Assembly (NCBI GenBank): GCA_963727775.1
Contig: CAVSHB010000004.1
Location: 1 to 64,000 of the forward strand
Length of the DNA: 64,000 nt
Origin: an uncultured Nitrospiraceae bacterium
GTDB taxonomy: Bacteria; Nitrospirota; Thermodesulfovibrionia; Thermodesulfovibrionales; SM23-35
Direction of reading: 5' to 3'
The stretch's first letter is position 1. Every line of letters starts with the position of its first letter. Of the stretch, positions 28,131 to 40,476 are shown piece by piece. Made by a program: the position numbers and the translations under genes. The notes beneath the pieces are model-generated. The model searched no databases. It saw only the letters and a program-made list of their open reading frames with translations, and was not told where the DNA came from.

Positions 28131-29964
28131 GACCGGCAAAATTGAAATACTAAAAAAATTGGCAGCGCTGATTCGCTATTTTATTCTTGCTTCGACTACT
28201 GAAGCAGTTTCAGGTCATCCTACGTCCTCATTATCGGCAACTGATTTGATGACAGCTTTGTTATTCGGAGGGTTCTTCCGTTATGATCCTGAAGAGCCTG
28301 ATTATCCGAACAATGACCGTCTGATTTTCTCCAAAGGGCACGCTTCTCCCCTATTCTATTCCTTATGGGCGGCAGCGGGGAAAGTGACTGAGCAGGAGCT
28401 CCTGAGCATGAGAAAATTCGGCAGTCCTCTGGAGGGACATCCTACAGTTGATTTCCCTTATGTTGAAGCTGCCACAGGCTCTCTCGGACAGGGATTGCCG
28501 ATCGGCCTTGGAATGGCATTGAATGCCAAATACCTTGACCGTCTCCCTTATAAGGTATTTGTGCTATTGGGTGACAGTGAGATGGCCGAGGGGTCACAGT
28601 GGGAGGCGATACAACTCGCCGCGCATTATAAACTGGATAACCTCATAGGGATCATAGATGTAAACCGCCTCGGTCAGCGCGGAGAAACTATGTACGGCCA
28701 TGACCTTAACGCATACAAAAAAAGGATCGCTTCTTTCGGGTGGAAAACAGTCGTAATCGACGGCCATAATTTTGATGAAATCTTTTTGGCCTATCACAAA
28801 GCCTTACGGTCAAAGGACCAGCCGGTAATGATAATAGCAAAAACGATTAAGGGGAAAGGTGTTTCATTTATCGAAGACAAAAACGGATGGCACGGCAAAG
28901 CGCTCAGTAAAGAACAGTTTGAACAGGCTTTGCCGGAACTGGGTGAGCTCGACAAATCGCTCCGTGGGGAGATAGCCAGACCTAAAAACCTGAAACCCCA
29001 TAGACCCTCCTGTCAGAAAGCCCGTAACGTCGCCTACACCGCCGGCAACCCGGTCTCTACAAGGAAGGCATACGGAAATGCACTGGAACGGATTTTCCCT
29101 CAATTCCACGATATGGTAGTTCTTGACGCGGAGGTCAGTAACTCAACCTACTCCGAGATATTTCAAAAAGCATACCCTGACCGATTTTTCGAGATGTATA
29201 TAGCAGAACAAAACATGGTAGGCGCGGCCCTTGGTCTTCAGTGCCGGGGCAGGATCCCGTTTGTGTCCACATTCGCCGCGTTTTTTACTAGGGCCTTCGA
29301 TCAGATAAGGATGAGCCAGTATTCAAAAGCCAACATAAAATTCTCGGGCTCCCATGCCGGGGTATCGATCGGTGAAGACGGTCCCTCGCAAATGGGTCTT
29401 GAAGATATCGCGATGTTCAGGGCGATTTTAAACAGTGTTGTTTTGTATCCTTCCGATGCAGTATCTACTGAAAAATTAGTTGAAGCAATGGCAAAACATA
29501 GAGGAATTGTTTACATACGTACAACAAGAAAAGATACCTCTGTCCTTTATGATAATAACGAAGAGTTTCCAATCGGCGGGAGTAAGGTACTAAGAAAATC
29601 CGACGAAGATCGGGCCACCATAATTGCGGCTGGGATAACTTTGCATGAGGCCTTGAGAGCATATGAAGAGCTAAGGGAAGAAGGGATACTTGTCCGTGTA
29701 ATCGATCTTTACAGCATTAAGCCGATCGATAAAGAGACCCTTATTGAAGCAGCGCGTAAAACCAAAACAATTATAACCGTTGAAGACCATTTTGCAGAAG
29801 GCGGCCTTGGAGAAGCGGTCAAAAGCGCGCTTGAGGCTTTTCCGATACCGGTCCATTCTTTGGCAGTCGGAAAAATGCCGAAAAGCGGAAAGCCCGATGA
29901 GCTTCTCGACTATGAAGATATATCGAAAAACGCCATAGTAGGGAAAATAAAGGAGGTCGCATGA
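28123..29964 (+). CDS. tkt: Transketolase
   Basis: SGHPTSS, SKGHA, GSLGQG, GDSE..EG, IAEQN, GEDGPSQ. ATG at 28123 follows AGGAG. Confidence 0.94.
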   Translation: MAETGKIEILKKLAALIRYFILASTTEAVSGHPTSSLSATDLMTALLFGGFFRYDPEEPDYPNNDRLIFSKGHASPLFYSLWAAAGKVTEQELLSMRKFGSPLEGHPTVDFPYVEAATGSLGQGLPIGLGMALNAKYLDRLPYKVFVLLGDSEMAEGSQWEAIQLAAHYKLDNLIGIIDVNRLGQRGETMYGHDLNAYKKRIASFGWKTVVIDGHNFDEIFLAYHKALRSKDQPVMIIAKTIKGKGVSFIEDKNGWHGKALSKEQFEQALPELGELDKSLRGEIARPKNLKPHRPSCQKARNVAYTAGNPVSTRKAYGNALERIFPQFHDMVVLDAEVSNSTYSEIFQKAYPDRFFEMYIAEQNMVGAALGLQCRGRIPFVSTFAAFFTRAFDQIRMSQYSKANIKFSGSHAGVSIGEDGPSQMGLEDIAMFRAILNSVVLYPSDAVSTEKLVEAMAKHRGIVYIRTTRKDTSVLYDNNEEFPIGGSKVLRKSDEDRATIIAAGITLHEALRAYEELREEGILVRVIDLYSIKPIDKETLIEAARKTKTIITVEDHFAEGGLGEAVKSALEAFPIPVHSLAVGKMPKSGKPDELLDYEDISKNAIVGKIKEVA

Positions 29965-30827
29965 GACCCGAAAACCTCAAGACAAAGATATTCCTGGATG
30001 GGGGAGATCCGGTCGAGACCACGGAAATTATAAATCTCCTGGGATTTCTTGACGGCCAGACAACAAACCCGACGCTTATTTCAAAAAATCCCGATGCGCG
30101 TCTCCGCATCGAGCGGGGTGAAAAATTCACTGAAAAAGAAATACTCGACTTTTACCGCAACGTGGTCGGAGAGATTTCCGCTCTCATCCCTCGAGGTTCA
30201 ATATCCGTTGAAGTCTACTCTGATCCGACAACCAAGGCGGAACAAATGTTGAAGCAGGGCAAGGAGATGTTCGCCTGGGTCCCCAATGCACATATTAAAT
30301 TCCCGGCGTCTGCTGACGGATTAAAAGCAGCCGGTTATGCAGTACTCGTCGGCCTTAGGATAAACATGACATTGTGTTTTTCTCAGGAGCAAGCAGCAGC
30401 AGTATATTCGGCTACTCGCGGGGCAAAGAAAGGCGATGTCTTTGTTTCACCCTTTATCGGTCGTCTTGACGACCGGGGAGAAAACGGCATGGACCTCATC
30501 TCCCATATCATGAAAATGTATCAAAAAAGCGACGGCCATGTCATGGTATTGACCGCAAGCGTTAGAAATATAGATCACCTCCTGTATGCAATCAAGCTCG
30601 ATTCGGATATCATTACCGCGCCCTTCCAGACATTAAAAGAATGGGCGGCAAAAGGGCTTCCCGTTCCGGGTAACGATTATGTCTATAACTCAAAAGGTCT
30701 GAGCCCAATTCCGTATAAGGAAATCGACCTTGCAAAAGAATGGCAGGAGTACGATATCCGCCACGAATTGACCGTAAAAGGGATGCAAAAGTTCTCCGAC
30801 GACTGGAACTCTTTAATCAGACGATGA
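29961..30827 (+). CDS. tal: Transaldolase
   Basis: FLDG, TTNPTL, SVEV, IKFP, NMTLCFS, SPFIGRLDD. Confidence 0.88.
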   Translation: MRPENLKTKIFLDGGDPVETTEIINLLGFLDGQTTNPTLISKNPDARLRIERGEKFTEKEILDFYRNVVGEISALIPRGSISVEVYSDPTTKAEQMLKQGKEMFAWVPNAHIKFPASADGLKAAGYAVLVGLRINMTLCFSQEQAAAVYSATRGAKKGDVFVSPFIGRLDDRGENGMDLISHIMKMYQKSDGHVMVLTASVRNIDHLLYAIKLDSDIITAPFQTLKEWAAKGLPVPGNDYVYNSKGLSPIPYKEIDLAKEWQEYDIRHELTVKGMQKFSDDWNSLIRR

Positions 30828-32362
30828 TCGAAAGCAAGTTTTTACAGACATGCGACATCCCCGGCGAAGAACTAAAACTTGAACCCTTTACTATGGTCAT
30901 CTTCGGCGCCGCCGGCGATCTGAGCCAGAGGAAACTCCTTCCGTCTATTTTCCATCTCTTCAGGGAAAAAGAACTTTCCAGAGGGTTCTCCATACTCGGG
31001 TTTGATAAGGCTGTGCTGAGCGAAGAACAGTACCGCAATATGATAAAAGAGGCGCTTCAAAAATTCAGAGAACCGTTTGAAGATCAGGTTGAAGAGCAGG
31101 AATGGAACGAGTTCAGCGAGCATCTGTTTTATCTGTCGGGGACTTTTGAAAACGATGAAAACTTTGCGACGCTTATCAGAAAAATAGGAAAGGTTTCCGT
31201 CCCAACATCAAAAGAAACCAGAGACGTTATCTATTATATGGCGGTCCCTCCCCAGGTAACCCAGCTCATTATCGAAAAACTTGAACGTCACAATCTCTGC
31301 AAAGGTATATTCAGCACGAAGCTCATTATCGAAAAACCGTTCGGCAGAGACCGCTCATCAGCGGTAAGGCTGAATAATATCCTCAATGCTTCTTTTAATG
31401 AAAACCAGGTATTCCGTATTGACCACTATCTTAGCAAGGAACCTGTCCAGAATATTATTTTCTTCCGTTTTTCAAACACGATATTTGAGCAGCTCTGGAA
31501 CCGCCGGTATATAGATAACGTACAGATAACAGTGGCAGAGGAATTGGGAATCGAACACAGGGGTGAATTCTATGAAAAAGAAGGCGTTGTCAGAGATATC
31601 GTGCAAAACCATATTATGCAGCTCATGGGTTTGGTTGCAATGGAACCTCCCGTCGGGTTTAAGCCGGAATTTATCAGGGATGAAAAGTTAAAGATATTGC
31701 GCTCTATCAGACCAATAGACGCAGAGCATGTCGATAAATTTATTGTAAGGGGCCAGTACGGGAACGGAAAGATAGGTGGAACTGATGTGCCGGGATACAG
31801 GGAAGAGCCGAATGTTTCTCCCTCTTCGATAACGCCTACTTTCTTTGCCGCCAAATTATACATCGACAACTGGCGTTGGGCAGGAGTGCCTTTCTATGTG
31901 CGCACCGGAAAGCGGATGACGAAAAGAATAACCGAAATCTGTATCCAGCTCAAACAGGTGCCGCTCAGACTTTTTGGCCGGGCATGTGATATACCTGAAC
32001 CGAATATACTCAATCTCACGGTCCAGCCGGACGAGCAGATATCAGTGCGTTTTGGAGTAAAGTACCCATATTCCCAGAATCAGCTTTACTCTGTGAATAT
32101 GGTATTCAACTATCGGGAAACCTTCCGGATGAAACCTCATTTCCCTTATGAACGGCTCTTAATCGACTGTATGAAAGGAGATCTTACACTATTTGTCAGA
32201 CAGGACGCTGTTGAGGCCATGTGGGAAGTTGTTGATCCGATTATAGCCCGATGGGAAAGCACCGCTCCTTCCGGTTTCCCTAATTACGCGGCAGGCACAT
32301 GGGGCCCGAAAGATTCCTTTACCTTGCTTGATCAAGACAGACGCCGCTGGATAACAAGTTGA
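30824..32362 (+). CDS. zwf: Glucose-6-phosphate 1-dehydrogenase
   Basis: GAAGDL, EKPFG, RIDHYLSKE, RDIVQNH, RTGKR, YERL. ATG overlaps the tal stop. Confidence 0.95.
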   Translation: MIESKFLQTCDIPGEELKLEPFTMVIFGAAGDLSQRKLLPSIFHLFREKELSRGFSILGFDKAVLSEEQYRNMIKEALQKFREPFEDQVEEQEWNEFSEHLFYLSGTFENDENFATLIRKIGKVSVPTSKETRDVIYYMAVPPQVTQLIIEKLERHNLCKGIFSTKLIIEKPFGRDRSSAVRLNNILNASFNENQVFRIDHYLSKEPVQNIIFFRFSNTIFEQLWNRRYIDNVQITVAEELGIEHRGEFYEKEGVVRDIVQNHIMQLMGLVAMEPPVGFKPEFIRDEKLKILRSIRPIDAEHVDKFIVRGQYGNGKIGGTDVPGYREEPNVSPSSITPTFFAAKLYIDNWRWAGVPFYVRTGKRMTKRITEICIQLKQVPLRLFGRACDIPEPNILNLTVQPDEQISVRFGVKYPYSQNQLYSVNMVFNYRETFRMKPHFPYERLLIDCMKGDLTLFVRQDAVEAMWEVVDPIIARWESTAPSGFPNYAAGTWGPKDSFTLLDQDRRRWITS

Positions 32363-32367
32363 GGGCA

Positions 32368-33102
32368 ATGGAAGATCGCCGCAAAATCCTTGTATTCGAT
32401 AATGCGGGTGAAATGACGGATTTTATGGCGGAACAGTGGACAAAGCTCTCTATGCAAGCCGTTCGTGAGAAAGGTTCCTTTGTCGTCGCCCTTTCAGGAG
32501 GGGATACGCCGAGAGACTTTTATCGAAAGCTTTCCGGCATTACTGAACAATCGCTATGGGACAGGATACATGTTTTTCTTGCGGACGAACGTTTTGTGCC
32601 CTTTGCCGATCCTGACAGTAACTACGGAATGCTGACCGGTCTCCTTCTGGATAAGGTGAATATGCCGCTGGAAAACCGTCATCCCGTGCCTGTGGATGCA
32701 TTGTCGCCGGATATCTCCGCAAACAAATACGAAAAGGACATGATCATGTTTTTCGGCCTGCGGAATTCCCTTCTGCCTGTATTTGACCTTATCGTGCTCG
32801 GGATAGGGGAAGACGGCCATACAGCCTCGCTTTTCCCGGGTACCGACGTATTAAAAGAAAGGAGACATCTTGCATGCGCCGTATATATGGACTCAATACA
32901 ACATAACAGGATAACTCTTACACTGCCTGTGATTAATAACGCAAAAAATATCATCTTTCTTGCATCCGGCAGAAAAAAAGCGGATGTGATAAGAAAAGTC
33001 CTAAAGGAAAAGCTTGTCTCACTGCCGGCTTCGATGGTTATGCCTGTGCAGGGAAACGTCTTATTTGTACTGGACAATGAGGCAGGTTCATTAAATGTAT
33101 AA
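32368..33102 (+). CDS. pgl: 6-phosphogluconolactonase
   Basis: ALSGGDTP, DERFVP..D.DSNY, LGIGEDGHTASLFP, RITLTLP. Confidence 0.94.
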   Translation: MEDRRKILVFDNAGEMTDFMAEQWTKLSMQAVREKGSFVVALSGGDTPRDFYRKLSGITEQSLWDRIHVFLADERFVPFADPDSNYGMLTGLLLDKVNMPLENRHPVPVDALSPDISANKYEKDMIMFFGLRNSLLPVFDLIVLGIGEDGHTASLFPGTDVLKERRHLACAVYMDSIQHNRITLTLPVINNAKNIIFLASGRKKADVIRKVLKEKLVSLPASMVMPVQGNVLFVLDNEAGSLNV

Positions 33103-33490
33103 CGTTACTCTGTGGCCCGCAGTTGTTTATTTCCTTGCCGTTATTCTCATTGTGGCCGGAATAATGGTCCTATCCTATGTCCTCGGACAGCGACATAAAG
33201 ACAGGGCCACCGGCGAGCCATATGAATCGGGGATTGTTTCAACGGGGTCCGCGCAGGTCCGTTTCGATGTCAGGTTCTATATGGTGGCGATGTTTTTTGT
33301 TATCTTCGATCTCGAATCGGTATTTGTCTATGCATGGGCGGTCTCGGTCCGCGAGCTCGGCTGGCCCGGTTATTATGCTATCCTCATTTTTATCGGTATA
33401 CTTATCATGACTCTGTTTTACTTACTGAGGATCGGCGCGCTGGACTGGGGCCCGTCGAGAATAAAACCTCAAACGACAAAACGGGAGTAA
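33095..33490 (+). CDS. nuoA: NADH-quinone oxidoreductase subunit A
   Basis: [24 protein letters not shown]. Confidence 0.95.
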   Translation: MYNVTLWPAVVYFLAVILIVAGIMVLSYVLGQRHKDRATGEPYESGIVSTGSAQVRFDVRFYMVAMFFVIFDLESVFVYAWAVSVRELGWPGYYAILIFIGILIMTLFYLLRIGALDWGPSRIKPQTTKRE

Positions 33491-33501
33491 CACTTTTAAT
33501 T

Positions 33502-34140
33502 ATGAAACCGGACGAGGAAAAAACATCAAACACAGTGCTGGCTGATCATGCCTACGGATCCGTTGAAAACGCCGTCGGCAGGTCCCTGATTTTCGCGCGT
33601 CTTCAAGAGCTTCTTGCCTGGGGCAGGAAAAATTCGCTCTGGCCGTTCAACTTCGGCCTTTCATGCTGTTTTGTCGAGATGGCAACCAGCATAACCAGCA
33701 GATATGACATCGCGCGTTTCGGCTCTGAAGTAATTAGGGGCACACCCCGTGAGGCTGATGTAATGGTAATTGCAGGAACTGTTTTCATAAAGATGGCCCC
33801 TGTTATAGAGCGCCTTTATCAACAGATGATGCTTCCACGGTGGGTAATCTCGATGGGTTCGTGCGCAAATTCGGGAGGGATGTACGACATTTACAGCGTA
33901 GTTCAGGGTGTAGACAAGTTTCTCCCTGTTGATGTCTATATTCCCGGGTGTCCTCCCAGACCCGAAGCATTTATGGAGGGGCTGCTGCTGCTCAGTCAAT
34001 CCGTCGGCAAAGAAAGAAGGCCTTTGAGCTGGGTCATGGGTCCGCAAGGTATTGAGACGCCTCGCAGACCATCGATGCGGGACATGAAAAGTGCGGAGAG
34101 AATAAAGGCCACAGAACTCCGTTCACCTGATGAGGTTTAA
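33502..34140 (+). CDS. nuoB: NADH-quinone oxidoreductase subunit B
   Basis: [34 protein letters not shown]. Confidence 0.95.
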   Translation: MKPDEEKTSNTVLADHAYGSVENAVGRSLIFARLQELLAWGRKNSLWPFNFGLSCCFVEMATSITSRYDIARFGSEVIRGTPREADVMVIAGTVFIKMAPVIERLYQQMMLPRWVISMGSCANSGGMYDIYSVVQGVDKFLPVDVYIPGCPPRPEAFMEGLLLLSQSVGKERRPLSWVMGPQGIETPRRPSMRDMKSAERIKATELRSPDEV

Positions 34141-34159
34141 ATGAATACAAGGAAATGTA

Positions 34160-35920
34160 ATGTCATTTATGCTTAATACCGACCCGAACATATCGGAAGA
34201 ATTGCAGCACAAATTTGCCGGACATATCCTTTCAGAACAGGAAACGCGCGATAACATTCTTACTCTGTGGGTAAAAGAAGAAGGCATACGCGACATTTTG
34301 AGGTATCTTAAAAATGAGGCGACAAAACCTTATCGAATGCTCTACGATATCACGGCGATTGATGAGCGTGTCCGTTCAAACAGGCAGAACCAGCCTGAGA
34401 GCGATTTCACGCTTATCTATCAACTCTTATCTTATGACCGGAATGAATACATCCGCCTTAAAGCTCCCCTCAAAGGCGATTCCCCGTCCTTATCAACGAT
34501 TACAGATATTTGGCCTTCAGCCAACTGGTACGAGAGAGAGGTATGGGACATGTTCGGGATCACTTTTGAAGGACACCCTCATCTCACAAGAATTCTTCTG
34601 CCCCCGACGTGGCAAGGACATCCTCTAAGGAAAGAGCACCCTGCGCGCGCCACTGACATGGGGCCTTTTACCCTTCCTGAAAAAAAAGAGGAAGAAGAGC
34701 AGGAAGCTCTCAGGTTCCGTCCTGAAGACTGGGGAATGCGTTCCGGCGACGAAGACACAGACTTTCTCTTCCTTAATCTCGGGCCGCAGCATCCCGGTAC
34801 ACACGGACTCCTGCGCGTAATTCTCGAATTAGACGGCGAGGAAATAAAGGGCGCTGTACTTGATATAGGGTTCCATCACAGGGGAGCGGAAAAGATGGGG
34901 GAGCGGCAGTCCTGGCATACGTACATCCCTTATACTGACCGGGTTGATTATCTCGGCGGCGTAATGAATAACCTCGCGTATGTGCTCGCTGTTGAACAGC
35001 TCGCCGGGATAGAGGTGCCTGAAAAAGCAAAGGTCATTCGTGTCATGCTCTGCGAACTCTTTCGCATTGCGAGCCATTTGGTCTGGTATGGCACGTTCGC
35101 TCAGGACCTAGGCGCGTTATCGCCTGTGTTCTATATGTTCAGCGACAGAGAACGCATTTTCGATATTATCGAGGCCATATGTGGTGGCCGAATGCACCCG
35201 AGTTGGTTCCGTATCGGCGGGGTAGCGCAAGACCTGCCTAAAGGCTGGGACGGGCCTATCCGAAATTTTCTCGCGTATCTCCCCGGACGGCTTGCAGAGT
35301 ATGACAAGATGGTCATGCAGAACAGCATCTTTAAGGCGCGTACCCGGGGCATAGGCAGTTATACGCTGGATGAAGCCATAGAGTGGAGTATTACCGGACC
35401 GGGTCTGCGCGCGTGCGGCTTTGATTGGGATTTCCGAAAAAGAATGCCTTACTCGGGATATGATCAGTTTGAGTTTGATATTCCGACTGCCGTACACGGC
35501 GATTGTTACGATAGGGCCATTGTCCGCGTGGAAGAGATGCGCCAAAGCCTGCGGATCATTGAACAGTGCCTGAAAAACATGCCCGCTGGGCCGTACAAGG
35601 CAGTGCATCCGTCGGCAACACCTCCTCTTAAAGAACGGACCATGTATGACATCGAGACTTTGATCACGCATTTTCTCAACGTGAGCTGGGGACCCGTCAT
35701 TCCTTCAGGGGAGGCATTTTTCAACATTGAGGCCACGAAAGGCGGCAATGGTTATTACCTGATCAGCGACGGCGGCACAACGTCTTACAGGACACGCATT
35801 CGCACACCTTCCTTTCCTCATCTTCAGATGGTACCTATGGTATGCTGTAGCCGGACTGTAGCTGATTTATTGGCCATCCTGGGGAGCGTGGACTATGTGC
35901 TTGCCGATGTAGACAGATGA
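34160..35920 (+). CDS. nuoC: NADH-quinone oxidoreductase fused subunit C/D
   Basis: [39 protein letters not shown]. Confidence 0.95.
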   Translation: MSFMLNTDPNISEELQHKFAGHILSEQETRDNILTLWVKEEGIRDILRYLKNEATKPYRMLYDITAIDERVRSNRQNQPESDFTLIYQLLSYDRNEYIRLKAPLKGDSPSLSTITDIWPSANWYEREVWDMFGITFEGHPHLTRILLPPTWQGHPLRKEHPARATDMGPFTLPEKKEEEEQEALRFRPEDWGMRSGDEDTDFLFLNLGPQHPGTHGLLRVILELDGEEIKGAVLDIGFHHRGAEKMGERQSWHTYIPYTDRVDYLGGVMNNLAYVLAVEQLAGIEVPEKAKVIRVMLCELFRIASHLVWYGTFAQDLGALSPVFYMFSDRERIFDIIEAICGGRMHPSWFRIGGVAQDLPKGWDGPIRNFLAYLPGRLAEYDKMVMQNSIFKARTRGIGSYTLDEAIEWSITGPGLRACGFDWDFRKRMPYSGYDQFEFDIPTAVHGDCYDRAIVRVEEMRQSLRIIEQCLKNMPAGPYKAVHPSATPPLKERTMYDIETLITHFLNVSWGPVIPSGEAFFNIEATKGGNGYYLISDGGTTSYRTRIRTPSFPHLQMVPMVCCSRTVADLLAILGSVDYVLADVDR

Positions 35921-35963
35921 CTGAACACAACCCCTATATTTTTTTGATTAAAGGAGAGCATTA

Positions 35964-36428
35964 ATGCTGTCTGAAGCAGAGAGACGGGAAATTGATTCTG
36001 TCCGCAAAGGATACAAGTATAAACAGGCCGCATGTGTCGAGGCATTGAAAATTATACAACGCAGCCGTGGCTGGATATCAGATGAGGACATAAAAGATAT
36101 TTCAGAATTATTGGACATGACCTCTGCAGAACTCGATAGTGTTTCAACGTTTTACAGCCTTATCTTCAGAAGACCTGTCGGCAGGCATATCATCCTGATC
36201 TGCGACAGCGTAAGCTGCTGGATTACCGGATATGAAAGGATTATTGAGCATATTAAAACCAGACTGGGAATCGAGCTTGGTGGAACAACCTCGGACGGCA
36301 GGTTTACTTTGTTGCCCGTCGCATGCATCGGCGCATGCGAACAGGCCCCTGCAATGATTATCGATAACATTGTTTATGGAGATCTCGACGAGGACAAAAT
36401 CTATGAGATCCTTTCGAGATATGAATAA
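35964..36428 (+). CDS. nuoE: NADH-quinone oxidoreductase subunit E
   Basis: CDSVSC...CIGAC 2Fe-2S ligands. Confidence 0.95.
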   Translation: MLSEAERREIDSVRKGYKYKQAACVEALKIIQRSRGWISDEDIKDISELLDMTSAELDSVSTFYSLIFRRPVGRHIILICDSVSCWITGYERIIEHIKTRLGIELGGTTSDGRFTLLPVACIGACEQAPAMIIDNIVYGDLDEDKIYEILSRYE

Positions 36429-36440
36429 GGGATATCTTTA

Positions 36441-37718
36441 ATGGAACGGCCTTTGACTAAGAATATAAGACCGGGCGAAGGGCCTTTTGATCTCCGGGAA
36501 TATGAGAAAGCAGGCGGCTATCAGGCTGCCCGTAAGGCACTCCTGAATATGACGCCGGAGGAAATAATTTCCGCAGTTAAGGATTCCAATCTGCGGGGCC
36601 GGGGCGGAGCAGGTTTTCCCACGGGATTAAAATGGAGTCTCATGCCGTCTTCAGATAAAGATATGCGCCTTCCAAGGTATCTTATTGCCAATACCGATGA
36701 GATGGAGCCGGGGACATTTAAAGACCGTCTGCTCCTTGAGGGTGATCCGCATCAACTGATCGAGGGCATGATCATCAGTTCTTATGCGCTGCAGGTCGAT
36801 GTTGCTTATATTTTTATTCGTCTCGCTTATATTCTTGCTGCCGAGAGGCTGAAGAAGGCGATTGCCGAGGCTTACACGGGTAATTATCTCGGTCAAAATA
36901 TCTTCGGATCGGGATATAATCTGGAATTGCATCTCCATATGAGCGCAGGCCGTTATATTTGCGGTGAGGAGACCGCATTATTAAATGCCCTCGAAGGAAA
37001 ACGCGCGGTACCGCGCGCAAAGCCACCTTATGCGACTACCTCCGGTTTATGGGGGAAGCCCACGGTCATTGACAATACAGAGACCCTGTGCAACGTACCT
37101 CACATTGTAAATAACGGCGCCGCGTGGTTCAGAAGTCTCAGCCGCTCTCAAGACAGCGGGACCAAGATCTTCGGAGTGAGCGGCAGAGTAAATAAACCGG
37201 GGCTCTGGGAACTGCCAATGGGGACTACAATAAGAGAGCTCATTGAAGAGCATGCGGGCGGGATGAAGGTCGGCCTAAAATTCAAAGGCGTTATCCCCGG
37301 CGGCGCTTCGACCGACTTTCTTATTGAAGAACATCTCGATGTTAAGATGGATTTTGATTCGTTACATAAGGCGGGCAGCCGTCTGGGTACCGGGACCATG
37401 ATTATTCTCGACGATAAGATATGCCCTGTCGGCATGGTACTGAACCTCGAACGTTTTTTCGCCCGTGAGTCCTGCGGATGGTGCACGCCCTGCCGCGAGG
37501 GTCTGCCGTGGATAGAAAAAATACTGAAGGACATGGAGGCCGGCAGGGGACGGCCTGAAGACATCGAGATATTGCATGAGCAGGTTCGGTTCATGGGACC
37601 CGGCCATACATTCTGCGCCCTTGCGCCGGGAGCAATGGAGCCTTTGGAGAGCGCGTTGAAATATTTCAGAGAAGATTTCGAACGGCATATTAAAGAGAAA
37701 CGCTGCCCGTGGAGATAA
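36441..37718 (+). CDS. nuoF: NADH-quinone oxidoreductase subunit F
   Basis: GRGGAGFPTG.KW, DEMEPGT, YICGEET, ESCGWCTPCREG. Confidence 0.96.
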   Translation: MERPLTKNIRPGEGPFDLREYEKAGGYQAARKALLNMTPEEIISAVKDSNLRGRGGAGFPTGLKWSLMPSSDKDMRLPRYLIANTDEMEPGTFKDRLLLEGDPHQLIEGMIISSYALQVDVAYIFIRLAYILAAERLKKAIAEAYTGNYLGQNIFGSGYNLELHLHMSAGRYICGEETALLNALEGKRAVPRAKPPYATTSGLWGKPTVIDNTETLCNVPHIVNNGAAWFRSLSRSQDSGTKIFGVSGRVNKPGLWELPMGTTIRELIEEHAGGMKVGLKFKGVIPGGASTDFLIEEHLDVKMDFDSLHKAGSRLGTGTMIILDDKICPVGMVLNLERFFARESCGWCTPCREGLPWIEKILKDMEAGRGRPEDIEILHEQVRFMGPGHTFCALAPGAMEPLESALKYFREDFERHIKEKRCPWR

Positions 37719-37722
37719 ACTT

Positions 37723-40476
37723 ATGGCAACGATTTATATAGACAACAAACCCTACGAAGTCAAAGACGGGCAGAACCTCCTTCAGGCGTGCCTTTCACTC
37801 GGCTTCAACCTGCCTTATTTTTGCTGGCATCCGGCCATGCATTCCGTGGGCGCCTGCAGGCAATGTGCAGTCAAGCAGTTCAAAGATGAAAAAGATACTC
37901 ATGGCCGAATTGTCATGTCGTGCATGACACCGGCTGCAGACGGCACAAGGATATCGATAGACGATCCTGACGCGTTGAAATTCCGCAGGAGCGTCATCGA
38001 ATGGCTGATGCTTAACCATCCGCACGACTGTCCCGTCTGCGATGAAGGAGGGGAGTGCCACCTCCAGGACATGACAGTCATGACCGGGCATGTTTACCGC
38101 AGGTCCCGGTTTAAAAAACGCACTTATAGCAACCAATATCTCGGTCCTTTTATCAACCATGAGATGAACCGCTGCATTCAGTGCTACCGTTGTGTCAGGT
38201 TCTATCGTGATTATGCCGGCGGACGCGACTTGAATGTATTCGGCGCCCACCATCATGTTTATTTCGGACGGCATGAGGAAGGCGTTTTTGAGAGTGAGTT
38301 CAGCGGTAACCTTGTTGAGGTCTGTCCTACAGGGGTATTCACCGACAAGACATTGAAGAAGCATTACACCAGGAAATGGGACCTGCAAACAGCGCCGTCC
38401 GTCTGTGTCCATTGCGGTTTGGGATGCAACACTATACCCGGAGAACGTTATGGAAAACTAAGGAGAGTACACAACCGTTACAACAGTAAGGTCAACGGTT
38501 ATTTCCTCTGTGACCGCGGCCGTTATGGGTATGAGTTTGTGAACAGCGAGCAGAGAATCCATAAACTTTTATTGGCCCATTTGAAAGAAGATTCCGTTAA
38601 TATGGAACATTCAGCAAATCCTGTCGGCAAAGATATGATACTCAGGCATCTTTCCGATATCCTTTATTTCGGCGCAAAGGTCATAGGAATCGGCTCGCCG
38701 AGGGCTTCAATCGAAGCAAATTTTGCTCTGCGCACATTAGTCGGGCCTGATCATTTCTATGCCGGTATATCCGAAACGGAATACCGCATGGTGGCTCTCA
38801 TTACAGAAATTATGCAGAAAGGTCCTGCGCAGTCTCCGTCATTACATGAGATTGAGATGCATGACGCGGTGCTTGTTCTGGGTGAAGATATTACAAACGT
38901 AGCACCGATGCTGGACCTCGCAATTCGCCAGTCGGTCCGTCAAAAGCCTATGAGACACGCGGACAACCTCGGGATACCCCGCTGGCATGATTACGCAGTG
39001 CGTGATGCAATTCAGGATGATAAAGGTCCTTTGTTCACCGTCACACCGGCGGGCACCAAACTTGACGCCATAGCCACGAAAACATACCACGCGCCGCCTG
39101 ATGACATTGCCCGTCTTGGGTTTGCAGTTGCCCATGAGCTGGATGGCAAAGCCCCGCAGATATCAGACCTTGCGCCGGACATACAGGATATGGCCCGGAC
39201 CATTGCTCATGCATTGAGGGAATCAGAGAGGCCTTTGATTATTTCAGGCGTCAGCTGCAACAGTGAATCCTTAATCCGGTCTGCCGCCAATATAGCATGG
39301 GCTCTCTGCGGCAAAGGCGTCCGGTCCGGACTATCTTTTATTGTTCATGAATGCAACACTACAGGCCTTGGCCTCATGTCTGGAAACAGCCTGAATACGG
39401 CTTTTAAAATAGTGCAGAACGGTGGAGCGGATACAGCCATAATTCTCGAAAACGACCTGTACCGGCGAACAGACAAAAAAACTGCGGATGATTTTTTCAA
39501 GAATTGCAAACACACTATTGCTATAGACAGTATTGAGACACAAACAACTTCAAAGGCGGAGATCGTGTTGCCCGCAAGCGCCTTTGCAGAGACGGACGGC
39601 ACCATTGTAAATAGTGAAGGCCGGGCCCAGCGCTTCATCAAGGTCTTACAACCCCTTGATGACATAGAGGAAAGCTGGAGGTGGGTCCTCGATATGATGA
39701 CTGTCGCCGAGAGGCCGGAAGCATATAAGTGGCGCTTATTCGAAGATATTACATCGGCAATGGCTGAGACTATTCCCGTCTTTAAACCGGCCGCAGCGGG
39801 CGTCCCTCCCGCCGGATTTCGTATAGTTGGGATGAAGATACCGCGCCAGCCTCACAGGTACAGCGGGCGTACCGCAATGCATGCAGATATCAGCGTGCAT
39901 GAATCAAAACCGCCGGAAGACCCGGATTCGCCTCTCTCTTTTTCCATGGAGGGATATGAAGGCGTTCCGCCTTCTTCACTTATTACACGCTTCTGGGCAC
40001 CCGGCTGGAATTCCGTTCAGGCAGTCAATAAATTCCAGAATGAAATCGGAGGCCGCTTACTCGATGGCGACCCCGGCAGGCGATTGATTGAGCCGGAAAC
40101 CGCCAAAGATATTTTATTTTTCAATGAAGTGCCTTCTGCTTTTCATACGCTGCCTGATGAGTACTTAATTGTTCCCCTGTATCACATTTTCGGATCGGAG
40201 GAATTCAGCGCCCTGTCTCCCGGCATAGCTGAACTGGCGCCAAAGCCTTATTTCGGACTTAATCCTGATGATATAAAAAAGTTGAATATAAATGAAGGCG
40301 CAATAATAAGGTGTACCTTAAATGGCGCTGAATTACAGCTCCCTGTTAAATGCATAATAAGTTTATCTCAGGGAACAGCCGGGGTACCGGTTGGTCTCCC
40401 AGGTTTAATCGGTCCCGTTTTACCGGCATCGGTTAAAATTCATATCACAAAACATACGGAGGGCCCAAATGGGTGA
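37723..40476 (+). CDS. nuoG: NADH-quinone oxidoreductase subunit G (long, with N7-type cluster motif)
   Basis: [44 protein letters not shown]. Confidence 0.95.
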   Translation: MATIYIDNKPYEVKDGQNLLQACLSLGFNLPYFCWHPAMHSVGACRQCAVKQFKDEKDTHGRIVMSCMTPAADGTRISIDDPDALKFRRSVIEWLMLNHPHDCPVCDEGGECHLQDMTVMTGHVYRRSRFKKRTYSNQYLGPFINHEMNRCIQCYRCVRFYRDYAGGRDLNVFGAHHHVYFGRHEEGVFESEFSGNLVEVCPTGVFTDKTLKKHYTRKWDLQTAPSVCVHCGLGCNTIPGERYGKLRRVHNRYNSKVNGYFLCDRGRYGYEFVNSEQRIHKLLLAHLKEDSVNMEHSANPVGKDMILRHLSDILYFGAKVIGIGSPRASIEANFALRTLVGPDHFYAGISETEYRMVALITEIMQKGPAQSPSLHEIEMHDAVLVLGEDITNVAPMLDLAIRQSVRQKPMRHADNLGIPRWHDYAVRDAIQDDKGPLFTVTPAGTKLDAIATKTYHAPPDDIARLGFAVAHELDGKAPQISDLAPDIQDMARTIAHALRESERPLIISGVSCNSESLIRSAANIAWALCGKGVRSGLSFIVHECNTTGLGLMSGNSLNTAFKIVQNGGADTAIILENDLYRRTDKKTADDFFKNCKHTIAIDSIETQTTSKAEIVLPASAFAETDGTIVNSEGRAQRFIKVLQPLDDIEESWRWVLDMMTVAERPEAYKWRLFEDITSAMAETIPVFKPAAAGVPPAGFRIVGMKIPRQPHRYSGRTAMHADISVHESKPPEDPDSPLSFSMEGYEGVPPSSLITRFWAPGWNSVQAVNKFQNEIGGRLLDGDPGRRLIEPETAKDILFFNEVPSAFHTLPDEYLIVPLYHIFGSEEFSALSPGIAELAPKPYFGLNPDDIKKLNINEGAIIRCTLNGAELQLPVKCIISLSQGTAGVPVGLPGLIGPVLPASVKIHITKHTEGPNG

